From Antedon mediterranea (Eukaryota; Animalia; Echinodermata), in NCBI RefSeq assembly GCF_964355755.1, contig NC_092671.1, forward strand, positions 7,936,001-8,000,000: DNA of 64,000 bases, written 5' to 3'. The notes under the pieces are model-generated. The model was given only the letters and a program-made list of their open reading frames with translations, was not told the DNA's origin and searched no databases. A program made the position numbers and the translations under genes. Of the stretch, positions 42,917 to 55,500 are shown piece after piece. The number at the start of each line of letters is the position of its first letter. Within the stretch, counting starts at the first letter, position 1.

Positions 42917-43989
42917 TAAAAAAAATTATATTTTCAATATATTTGAAATATTAAATTGATCACCGGTGAATTGATAATGATGATAATTTAAAGTTTCTTA
43001 TTCTTTAATTTATAATTAAAGAGTGCTAACTGTAAAAAGATTTATTTGTTCTATTATTTGTTTCGGATAAGTTCACTGGTCTGAAACACACGCACAATTA
43101 CCTACGATATATATGACTTGTATTACTGTATTTATAGTTATACATTGCCGTAATTAATCAATTCATGTTACTTTGTTATAGGCCCTGTCATATAAAATCC
43201 AAAGAGTAGCACTCTCTCCATTTTAAATGTTGCTGAACAGTGTGTTTCGGAATAAGTATACTTATACTATATAGTACTATAGGTGTAACACGTGAGATGC
43301 AGTACGGTACTGTATCAATTGCATTACTGTACTTATAGTGAATTACATATACTTCATTTACTCAACTCATGCTTACTCAATTATATTTCGTATTTAGACA
43401 ATAGCATTGATATCTTTGTTTCTGTATTTCAAAATAAAGTTCAATAGAGTTGTCTGGTCTCTATATTTGGTGTTGCCTAATGGCCCAAAACAAATCCTAT
43501 AACTAGCATTACAACTGAACATTAATGTAGGCCTCCTAAGATAACAAGACTACGGTGAAATAATACTGAAACCAATAACTTACATTTTAGCCAAGCCAAA
43601 GAGTGCACAGAGTTTGGGAATATTACCGTATGAATAGTATAAAAAATGGTGTTAGGCTGTGTTATTGCTATTCACATACACTAATCAAATACCTAATCAA
43701 ATCAAATATACTTTTATTCTTCATCGTTAATTATGACATATTAGGTCGAAAAAGAGATGAAAAGGAAACACATAAAAACTCGAAATGAGCTTGATAAAAG
43801 AAAAACAAAAGTATCATATTTAAATGACTACGGCATTAAGCTTTTAAATTGTTTAGGCCTAGGCCTATAAGTTATTGTGAACAAGTTTGTTCCACTATGT
43901 TACCAAACCGAAACAGTAATAATAATCATACATAACGGTATATTATATATATATCTTTTTTTATAGGCCTACAGTCCTTATAACAGTTT

Positions 43990-44160
43990 CTGTTGCTGAT
44001 TTTGTGCAATCATTTTAACAATTGATAATATACGGATTTCGTGTGCGTTCTTTATCATTATGTCATTGCTGTTAGTGTTACAGATTTTGTGCAATAAGTT
44101 TAATATCAGATACGAGTTTTGCGCGTTTTTCATCATTATGTATTACGGTATTGCTGTTAC
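43990..44160. repeat. Tandem duplication, about 85 bp, 2 copies, upstream of Hox8
   Basis: GATTTTGTGCAAT...ATACG...GCGTT...ATCATTATGT...ATTGCTGTTA occurs twice. Confidence 0.75.
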
Positions 44161-44529
44161 TTTTATATCTATATTTTTTATTTTGTTATAAATGATAGGC
44201 CTAATTCATGTAATTGAGGAAAAGGCTAAAATGTAATTTTACCATCATTTAAGGGCATTTTTCTGTCGTATTATAATATCTTAGTTTTATCTTGTTATAC
44301 AACCATTAGGCCAAGTAGTAGTTGAAAACGTATTGACTACCCGTATATCAATTATTGTTTACATTTACTTCGTTAGGAATAAGATTACTCTCTCGAAAGC
44401 TAAATTGTCTTTTGTTGATGATGCGACTAATATGCGATTTCCACATGTTTGTAAATAGCCGAGACTAGCAATTTATCAAAGCCATTAAGAATGTCATTTT
44501 ATCATATTCTCCACTTTGCAGAGCATTAG

Positions 44530-44694
44530 GTGAACGCTGATTGGTTGATTACACTCCCCAAGTCTTGATAGGTGCAAACGCCAGGGTGCGTCCTGTATGA
44601 AGCAAGGAACGAGGAGCACAGGTAGTAAATCCGCTAAATCTCCTCGAAGAGAGTCATAAAACCTGCGAAACGAGGTCACAAATCAATCGCCTAG
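44530..44694 (+). promoter_or_regulatory. Hox8 proximal promoter / 5' UTR region
   Basis: GC-elevated block immediately upstream of the ATG with an inverted CCAAT box (CTGATTGG, ~44537), GTCATAAA posterior-Hox/Cdx-like site (~44653) and AAATCAATC. TSS not determinable. Confidence 0.5.
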
Positions 44695-45214
44695 ATGACT
44701 TCATACTTTTTGAACTCACTATTTACTAAATACCAGCCGGGAGAATCTTGGTATCCTAGCGGTTTTGACCCGGTTCCTCCGCAAAAGAACAGAACCTACG
44801 ATACGACGGGATTTAATTTCGTCAGTGCCGCTGCTACTTACGGAAGTTATGAATGCAGCGGTTCTACGCCGATCGTACCTAGTGTAAATCCCACCTCCCT
44901 CCCTGGATCCTACGGGTATCCAGCCTGTGCGTTTTCTCAGAATTACAGTCAAGCTAGCTACCAGGAACATTACGGAAACGGGTACACTGGTAACTTTGCG
45001 CCCCCAGCTTACAGCTGTAGTTGGATACCGAAGCCCGGCGAAGCAGGGAGGATTAGAACAAGTGGGGGAAATTCATGGATGGCATTTGAAAAGAACAATA
45101 ACTATGAACCATCAGACAGAAAAGATGACAATATTTTAAATACAAAAGAAAGAACAGAAGATGAACTTCAGTCGCAGTACAAAGGACCTGTCTATAATTG
45201 GATGAAAATACCAG
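44695..45214 (+). CDS. Hox8: Central Hox gene exon 1 (probably Hox8; Hox7 not excluded)
   Basis: N-terminus MTSYFLNSLFTKY matches the SSYF motif of central Hox proteins. Hexapeptide-like VYNWMK lies just before donor CCAG|GTGAGA (intron starts 45215, phase 1). GC is higher than the flanks. Confidence 0.9.
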
Positions 45215-47434
45215 GTGAGAATCAACCTTATACTGTATTTGTTTTTGTGTAAACGCATCGGTAATAAAGTTAGTTTTAATATATACTGCAATATAACAGC
45301 AATTTATTTTAATTTATGAGGTACATTTTGACTGATTGAAATAAGGTATTCGACTAATTGAAGTATTAAGACAACTTGAAGTATTTTATGAATTATATTA
45401 ATCCTGTATTTTTAGTATAATTTTAAATTTACGCATTGATTGGTACCGTACATTAAATATCAATATCCATTATTTATGATCAAATAATATTATATTAAAG
45501 TGATGGGAATTAATAATTATATAAAGGCATATGATTCGTACTGGATGTCTTTTCGAAACAGCAGGGAAGAGTCTTTCCTGGATACAGCATATACTGTATA
45601 ACAGTGGTTCGATACAAAGATACCCACAGTTTCTATTGATATGTATAGGCCTACACAATGTTGGTGGGCGATTTTTGCATTTACAAAAAAAACCATTATA
45701 CCTTACCTTATTCAGTGTTATTCACCAAACAAAAGTAAAATACATTTTTAATGTACTGCAGTACTTAGTTATTTGAAATACTCCTTAGGCCTAAATGACT
45801 GTATATTTGAAAATGTTCGCCTGAGTATAATGTTTACCTTAGAGGCATATTTGTATATAATTAAATAGTCCCAAAACATTGTCACTGAAATTAGGTTAAA
45901 CTAAAACTTTGGTTTAGCATTAAATCATTCTTAATTAACAACTGGACACCGGACTGCTCAGAATCTGAAATAGAATTCGCTTACTATTTTAATTGCATTA
46001 TAAGAAGGGTAATAAAATCCACGTTACGTGCAGTATTCAATAATACTATGCTATTATCTATATTAAAGTATATTTATAGCTGTATATTATCTAACATTAA
46101 TGTTAGGCCTACATACAAATATAAAATTTCTGTGGAGGACAATCGGTACGTTTAATCACACGTCACCATGTGTTGAAATTGAATTAGGCTTTGAGGAACC
46201 ATAAATTATTCCATGCAAAACATACTATACTCTACCGAAATTATATGTGAAATTTATTTGTTATTTAGTCATACTACATAAGATTATAATAAACTATAAA
46301 AAAGTTAAATCATTAATTATTATTGTACGAATATCGATGATAGCATACAAGAAGGTAAAGTTAAATAAACAGTTACAGCAGAAAAATTAATATGGGCATA
46401 AAAGTAAAAGCTGCAGTACAGTAAGAAACCTAAGTTTAAGTATATTCAATTTTAAACATCCAATAATAAACACCGCAACGAACGTCACAATAGCAAGCTT
46501 GACAATATGACTATTATATATAATATGATTTTTTTTTTAAAGTTCTAATTGCATTATCGATTTATTTAGATAAATTAAGACATTTGATTTGACAATTTAC
46601 CATTTTTTCAACACTGTGTGCAGCTATCATCAACATTCAGCCAATTCTTAGTGTTAGGTCTGTATCTCAAACTTCTGATATAAACTCAAATATATATCAA
46701 TGCCAATCATCATAGGAAATTTCCATAAATGTATGCAGAATCTTATTGTCTCGCATGCCTGTATCACTGTGTTAAGACTTGTGAAACCACGTTATTTTCC
46801 TATGATAAACTGAAGAAATTTAGATACAGGTAGGCCTATCGAGAATCGGATAAAAATTAGGGCTATGTTGAACTTATTTTGTCGTGGTCGAATAGCTTAC
46901 TGATGCCTAATACAGCATAGTTTTCATTAGAATTAGTATATACATATGCAGTAGTGTTACGATCCGATTAAAAGCTTTACATTTACCTAATGATGCGGAC
47001 ACATGTAAACTGACAAACGTCCAATTAGTAACTATCAAAATAAGATAATATTCGGTTTCAGTTACATGGTACTTTGTATCATCATCATACGGTATATGGT
47101 ATTAACTCATCAAGAATAACTTATTGTTTATAACATTATTAAATATATACATTAGAAAATGTTTATTGTCGTCTTTTAAAAGCACCTATCACTCAATGTT
47201 CTATCATTCTATTTATACCATTTTTGATGATTCACCCATAATAACTTGTCCATGCATAAATGCACTTTGGATACATTACTATTAATTATTGCTATATGTA
47301 GACGGAAGTGACGTAGTTTTAATCTTAACGATATTATACACATTCTAATTTGTATTTATATTTTCAGTGTTTCTATCTTTCTTTAAAAATCAAGTTCGGA
47401 CCACAGACATGCCCTCGAACTGTTCAATTATGAA

Positions 47435-47531
47435 ACTATTAGTTCCAGAATACGGTGCATATTATATAATAGATAAGTACCGTGTATACATATTATATAA
47501 TATATAAGTACCGTATTGTGGAACTAATAGT
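47435..47531. mobile_element. Short foldback/MITE-like element in the Hox8 intron
   Basis: ACTATTAGTTCCAGAATACGGT ... ACCGTATTGTGGAACTAATAGT (22-bp inverted repeat, 1 mismatch) around a duplicated CATATTATATAATA(G/T)ATAAGTACCGT core. Confidence 0.6.
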
Positions 47532-50500
47532 GTATATTTATACATTATAAAACAGTATTTATATTTTAAACAGTACATAACATAATGTAAATACGTTTAG
47601 TTATTTTTTTATGCAATATGATTGTAAGTCTATGCATTCCAGTAACGAAATGATTCGAATCAATGGTCAAATGTGACACACTGGGGAGATGTTGATAAGA
47701 CCGACAGTTGCTCTTAAACATATCGTAAAATAGTCAAAGTGTCTCTGCCAATTGCCAACACAAGCGTCAATTGATAGGCAATTCTTAAAATTAAAATAAA
47801 AACAACTATAAATCATCGTACGTTACGCTTACTTGAATATTTAAATGAAGCTTACATATTCATATTTAAATATAAATATTCATTAGCGGTAGTAGGCCTA
47901 CTTTAGTTTGTTTGTATCGATATCATGGAAGAATTATTATTAATTTCTTCTATTTTAATAGCATTGATTAATATTCGGCTATTTACTAACTAAAAATGAG
48001 GTAGTAACTGTCAATCCCGAATTAGAAACATCATAGACATTATCTAAATTAGGCCCAATGCTTAGAAATTTGCATAGATTACCATATATTCCCAAATATG
48101 GAGCATTACTATATATACATACATGTATATTATCTATTTTATCTTATCTATAGTACTCTATAATTGCATTATCGGATGTCATCTTAAATTCAGATTTAAT
48201 AACAATCACCATATGAAGTGATAGATAACCATAAGTCATAATGATCTATTGTCACAAGTATTTTATTATATTAATTTCAATAAATATTTTGAATATGATG
48301 AACATAATAATTTCAGTTCTTAATAGGCCTATTATTAATTAAATACAAATAGGAAATCGCAGAAGTGGGGTAACGGATGATGTGATCGAACGCCTATTTT
48401 GGATCATAATTTCACACGTATTGCCAACTTGACAAGGGTCCATAGAGAATTAAGAAAATGAATTATAGATTTTGATATGAAGGGCCAATTCATTTCTAGA
48501 GGTCAGGTTCAGCAAAAGACAATCGGGATAGGTAGTAAGTTGTTGGTCTACTGTACAAAAGTTCATGAATAAGCGATATGTTTTCATTTTCTCCGGTGAA
48601 TATCAAGAAAATTGATGGCTTTTAGTCAGACTTTCAAGTGAAGGTTAAGTTATAAAACATATGATTGGGATTGATATTTGGACAACCACTGATTGTTAAT
48701 TATTAGTAGTATTGTCTATAATTATATGTCTGAATATGTGAGTGAACAGTTACTGACAATTTTGGTTTGAAATGGATGTAGACAGCAAACGTAGGTTACT
48801 GGACAGATTTACAAAATACAAACTAAAATATTATATGCCAATAATAATTCATTTCATTATTATATTAAACGTATCTTTAATCTGAATTGTTGCAAAAGTC
48901 CGAGAAAAAAAGTTTTGTAGCTTTTAGGTTAGTTTAACATTTAAGTCAAAACACAGCGAATTTAATATACGGATACATATTATTTAATAAATAATAATGG
49001 AGAAATCAAAACATTGAGATGATATGTAAACAAAAATAACGGTAATAACTCATAAATGTAAATCCAGGGAAGAATTTTCACTCTGGTAAATCAGTGTTTT
49101 GAAGAAGTATTTATTCTCTCGAACTTATAATTGGCAATACTAAACTGTGTATACTCTTTGATATTATTTCAAAATTATAGTTTATGGAGGGAAAGAAGAC
49201 GTCGTATTCAATTTTGATTATCTTGATGTATCGGCACCCAATATAGTTTATATGTATAAAATTGTTAAATTTACATTAAATTATTGTCACGCTTCCGGCT
49301 GATATTGGTCCCTGGTGGTAAAAGGTCGGTACGAAAATAGGTTGGAAATTATGTAGTAAATATATATAATGGTAAATTGTTCTGCCTCCACTCTATAGAA
49401 TAGAAAGAAAATTAGCAATTATTCAATTTCTTTAAGTATTTTTTATTATACCATCCTCTCATCATCGACTCAATGTCTTAAAAGAAATGGATTGTCCATC
49501 AAGCAAGACAATTTTGCAAAAAAATATTTCATTTTTTACAAAATTTACCTATAAACATCATCATTCTTTTTGGAACTACTGTATTGTGTAAAATACATCC
49601 AAAGTCTTATACAACAATTTGAGGCTGCACAAAATAATGACTTCAGATAGGTGCTTCTGTTTTCTTTGATTTCTAGCTTCAGATGATTAGGCTAACCGAA
49701 GCACTGTTCACTTTCACTTGCGTTTGCTACCGATTTATCTTGTCGCTTCTCTCTTTGAAGTTTGACCAGGTACGCAAAACATGGGCCCTGTCTGGGGGAC
49801 TGGACACTGTTTTGATTTCTCTTATTATTGTTCTCATTCTAGACCTAATGATTTAGAAAGAATGTATAAAAGATGTGTTTATTTTACAGTTGGGAACCGC
49901 AAGATTATCTATCCTTGAAGGAACACTAAGCAAACTAATTTTTCATTTATAAAGACCCATTGCCTTCAGATGTTACAGACAAATCTGTCTGTTAACGGGT
50001 AACTATCCCTTTACGTTGCCGACTGATCAGCGAAAACCCTGGTAGTTGTTTTCTTACGTCTAAACACGAATGAAATAGATGTTTAATTAAACATATAAAG
50101 CAGAATAAGTATACTTTAGTTTGTAATGTCCAATCAAACGTATCCCTAACTATTTTTCGATACTTTATCTTAAGTTTAACCATTGTGAGTCGAAATTAAC
50201 AAAATTAATGAAACCAAAATTCAAATAATAATGTTATATGAAAGGAGTAAGATTTAGGCCTAAAGAACATTTTGAAAAGCTTAAATCATCGACTTAAGAT
50301 CAAAATCAATTTTCAAATTAAAACAAACGAGAAAGGAAAATGAAATATGCTATTTTTAGTTTTATAATGGTAGGCCAAGAGCCATCGTACTAATTCACGG
50401 TTCTGTGTAGGCATAAGGAAAATAAAGTAGTGTGAGCCTACATCTTATGGTATACGTTACAATACTTGCGTTCAAGTTTGGGAGGCGTGCGTTATTATCA

Positions 50501-51481
50501 GGTTACTCAAATTTCAATTAGTGTTTTTAACATTTTAAAGAATTTTACCGGTAGTTTTTCCGCTGTTCCGAAATATAGACAGTTTCAAGAACGTAATAGA
50601 TTTATAAACAATCTCACGGTAACTTTCATCAGTTAAGCTCAAGGAAAACATAATTCCAGACATTATCCTTCGGTAACAGCGGGAGATTAAAGGAGGACCA
50701 GGAATGACAAGGATACGGCACTTTTGAAGTGTCAAACTTGTTCACAGATACATTCCAGTATAGAAAAAATGTACATTTACCTTTCACTGAAATTCTCCCA
50801 AAATAAAGAAGAAAAAATAATAATAAGGGTCACGTTAACTTTCTTCAAAGTGCCTATATTCTGCCCACGGCAGCGTAAATATATAGTTATATAACTTAGG
50901 GCCGTTGAGTACATCGGAAAAAAATGTATGCCAACGGGCCAATTAACACATTACACAATTATGTCCTATCTGCTACCATTACAATTAACTAGCTATTCAA
51001 ATTTGAAAATTTGCCAATTGATTATTCATATTCGATACTCGTATTAAGTATTTTTAAAACTAGATTACTTGAGACAATGGTCTCGCATCCAATTGCAAGG
51101 TACTCGGTTCAGTTCTATGTTGAGGTGACTGTTTGTGCGGAATTTCTATATTAATTTCTTAATTAATTTATTTTATGTATTAATTTCATGTATTTATTTC
51201 AACGAGGATGGTCCATCCAAACCGAAGATTTTCATTTATAGGGAACCTCGGTATTTCCATCTCTCGTAATTAGAATATTTACTGATCTTATGAATTTGAC
51301 CAATACGTATTTGTACGAAATTCCCTTTCGTATAGATTTTTTTTTAATACAGTAGATAGATAAATATTGCACACGGTTCTCATATAGCATTTTAAATACA
51401 AATACGCTTACTTACAATTGTATTGTGTACATTCAATTCTGAACACAGTACAAACATTATTGTAGGCCTGAGTGCCGTAAA

Positions 51482-51674
51482 CAGTGGGCCTGGCGTAACG
51501 CATAGGCCTGAGGCCACTGGTTTAGGAACCCTAACACTGTAGGCCTTGGGCGTTTTTGGATTTTTTGACATATTTTAATAATGCCTGTTTTTCCCCTGGT
51601 CACTGCTCAGGGTCCCCCATAAGCTACCGGCCCCTGGGTTTACCCAGTGAGCGCTCTTAGCCGTTAGGCCACTG
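51482..51674. mobile_element. hAT-type non-autonomous element (MITE) in the Hox8 intron
   Basis: Termini CAGTGG... and ...GTTAGGCCACTG; flanking 8-mers GCCGTAAA / GTCGTAAA (7/8 match, hAT-length TSD); GC-rich body. Confidence 0.7.
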
Positions 51675-51782
51675 GTCGTAAACCATGTTATGAAATATGT
51701 AACGTCATAAAGTACGGAATAGAATTATAATATTTAAATTCCGAACGTATACAGTAATTAACATTATACCGGTACTCATTAA

Positions 51783-52175
<393 letters not shown>

Positions 52176-52385
52176 TGGATTCTGACTGTAGTGAGGAAAA
52201 TATCGTTGACGTATAAGAACAGAGTTCGTTCAATTTATAGACTAAAATAGCATTAAATCAATTAAACAATATTATACCAAAGAGGCTTTCATGTGATGTG
52301 TCAAAATTGAATCCGAAATAAATAGCGTTATCTTTTAAATGAATGGGTACTGATAGTACGAGGAGGGGTGGAGATTTTCGATTTA

Positions 52386-52540
52386 AGCTCTGTCTACACT
52401 ATCACTTTACTGTACTTTATGTGACGTGCCCATATAATATGGACATGATGATGTCATATCCCTACCATATTTGGGCATATCACTACCACATTTGGGCAGA
52501 TCACACATTTTTTATCTAGTTTGATAGTATAGACAAAGGT
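52386..52540. mobile_element. Palindromic MITE, copy 2, about 210 bp after the Hox8 stop (probably in the 3' UTR)
   Basis: AGCTCTGTCTACACTATCA...TGATAGTATAGACAAAGGT imperfect TIR; shares ATGATGTCATATC-CTACCATATTT with copy 1. Confidence 0.7.
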
Positions 52541-55500
52541 ACTCGTATAATTAATATATTGAAAGTATAACAATCCACACATTTGAATGTGTTCTCTTAA
52601 AACCAAAAGTAGCCTAGCTCTGTCACATTCGTAAACCATCTATACCTTGACAAATAGTAGAATATATAGGCTTAGCCTACATCAGTATTAATTAAATACA
52701 GAAATCACTGATGCCCTCTACCATTGCTGCAGTTGAATAGGAGCGTACCGTATATGTAGCCCTAAAACATACACGAAAAATAGAATACTACTAATGTACG
52801 ATTTCACGCCTGTAAATTATGTATATATTATATTTTCCATATTGTATTCGCAGCAAACGAATTATTTGATTCAACATAACAATTGAATAGTTTCTTTAGA
52901 ATAAATTTATTTTGTTATTTATATAGTATATTTTAGCTAATTATGTTTTATCATAAAATGATTTATTAATGACATTTATATTGTGCATGCATGTTATACT
53001 ATGAATAATTTTCAATTACTGTATCATCATTCATAGTCAGAGGGGCCTAACTCGATCTTTAAAAAAACAACACAAGAGGCTAGCATTGTGTTGTGGTTGG
53101 ACGCAGCTTAACTGTAGATTATTTGTGTAGGCCTAGATTATTATTTGAAATACTGTATTTATTAATTGTGTGCATCATCATACATTTAATCAATCCCTTG
53201 GCCCACATGCAGGCACGGCCACCTGTAGCTAGCCAAGCCAGGACGAGGAATCCCACTACGCTTGGGCCTGCCTCTAAACTTTCTGTAAAATACTGTAAAT
53301 ATTGCTGGGATTTTCGATTTATTAATTGTTGAAGAGTCATTTGTATTGTAAATAAATGCTACTCACCATGACAGAACAAAAGCAGTCGGTGTGACTTATA
53401 TTCCTTGTATCTAAATAATCAACATTTGCTTCCTTTGTCATGGTTTCCATCCTAGACGAAATAGCACATAAAAATCCAGTCATCCATGTGGTAATAACCA
53501 ATATAGATAAGAGACATGATTTCCATTAATCCGAGTAAAGCATTTGAATCCATTATTGGTGTAAACATGAACTTGATATTCAATTCCCGTTCAACTGTCT
53601 TCCTCAACACTGACAACAACCACAGCAGTAAGACTAATTGATATGCAAATTAGGTTATGTACAAAAATATTTCATTCGAAACATACCCTCTGACGTGTTA
53701 GGATTCTTACGTAACTTCATGTATACATAACGAAGGGGTAACGAAGAACAGTGGACCTATAAAGTATAGGTCCATGATAATGATGACGGTAATGACGATG
53801 ACGAAGAAGATTAGATAACAACAATGATTATGAATATGACATGATTTGTTGGTCGGTTTTTGCTAAATGATGTTGATGGAAAAGTAACAATACTTTGTTT
53901 TGTATTCAGTATAGGATAAACCCATGGAAATGTTTATTTACACTGTAGTATATAGTACGTTACATTGTTGAGTACAGTTATACAGTTAAACTAAAATTAT
54001 ATCTCTCCCATATTGACCGTACCGTATCCTACGCACGGATTTATTTCTGGAAAAAATTATCTTTAAATCAGTGATTGCAATTGACACAGATCTGAACACA
54101 TGTTCTGTACTTCATGTAAATTGCGTTTAACGCTATGATAGCAAACAAAAACACATGGGGTCATAGAGAAACACAAGCAACATTTGTAATGGTTCCTTTT
54201 TACATAAACACCGACTGACAGGAAGACATAATAGAGAAGGGGTACCACGGGTGATTGTTAAAAAATGGTAATCAGTATTGCAAATCTCAATCTTGTTACA
54301 TTATCATAATTATTGTTTACCTTATTGTGAAATTGGTTCGCAAGGTAATTAGGTTAATTTATCTTCTGTGGATCGAAGAATAACTCGTTTGTAAATGCAA
54401 TCAGAAATTGTGCAGATACGTGTCAGTTGGTACCCCATCCTATCCCAGACAGACGATAACCGCACGTACCATAGGATATTCATTATTATTACGTATCAGA
54501 CTCATTAATTATTAACACTGAGCACATCTCGTATGGAATTATGTAATTGTACTTCAATGTACTGTATAATGTACTGTATTATACAGTAGGTCTACATTGA
54601 AGTAAAAATGACATAATTTTGTTTGTAATGTTTAAGTATTTGTGTATCATAACTACGAGAGCAAATAATATAGACATTATTGCTCTCGGACTCGGAGTAT
54701 GAAACACAAATACTAAAACAATCCAAACAGAAACAAAGAGCAAATAGTGAGGTAACATTGCATGCATGATGCCTTATTATATGTGTAGTACATTAACAAA
54801 TCTTTATTAATATAGGCCTAATGCATAATATTACATGAGGAGGCCTAGAAAATCTCGGCCAAGTTTACCAAGGTTGACAGATGTGAGCTACAGAAGTTTA
54901 CGACGTACACGTCTTAGGAATTACCCGCTACAAGAGTATCATCGAGGCGGAGTATACATCATTATTCAAGCAAAACTACTAGGCCTACCATGGCCCACAA
55001 GTTCATCAATGAAATATGAACGCATTAAGAAAAATAATGAATTAGTTTCAGACCAATGGAATTTGAGAATAAATCAGGATCAGGAAGTCTGTATTTGTAT
55101 TTTTCGACATACATATTTTTTTTTCAATTGTTTTGTGAAAATGTTTAAAACAGAATTAATCATATAAAATACAATATGTATTATACATAAATACTCATAC
55201 CTTCATGTAAAGGTATAAACAATTATGCTTATTATTTTATATAAATGTATCGATGTCACACACATGGGATCTTGTAGAGCTTCAATTCAATTCAAAGTGA
55301 CATCCCTATGCTATATTGACTGTATTACTTATTAGGAGTTTATCTGGATGTCATAATTGTCTCCTTCTTACTAATTAAATTCAAACAGGACCTATAAAAA
55401 ACGTATTTCATTAGTGTTATATAACATAGGCCTACATGTATATTTTAAGTTTTACCAACCACAAAATCAAATGATAAAAACTAGTTTGCGCTAGCTAGAA

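Noticed and set aside
44494-45139. ORFs 44494-44679(-), 44719-44970(-), 44927-45139(+)
   Set aside because: Alternate-frame or antisense by-products of the GC-rich Hox8 promoter and exon 1.
45215-45252. C-terminal ENQPYTVFVFV of the 185-aa ORF (and likewise the first 29 aa of ORF 51813-52175)
   Set aside because: Intronic read-through beyond the splice sites.
48529-48546. TAGGTAGTAAGTTGTTGG resembles both ends of mature miR-196
   Set aside because: The centre differs and is 3 nt short, there is no complementary arm for a pre-miRNA hairpin, the position (Hox8 intron) is wrong, and miR-196 is not known from echinoderms. Small-RNA data would settle it.
54835-55167. 110-aa basic ORF
   Set aside because: No recognisable domain, non-coding-like composition, and it contains a TAGGCCTA motif like surrounding spacer DNA.
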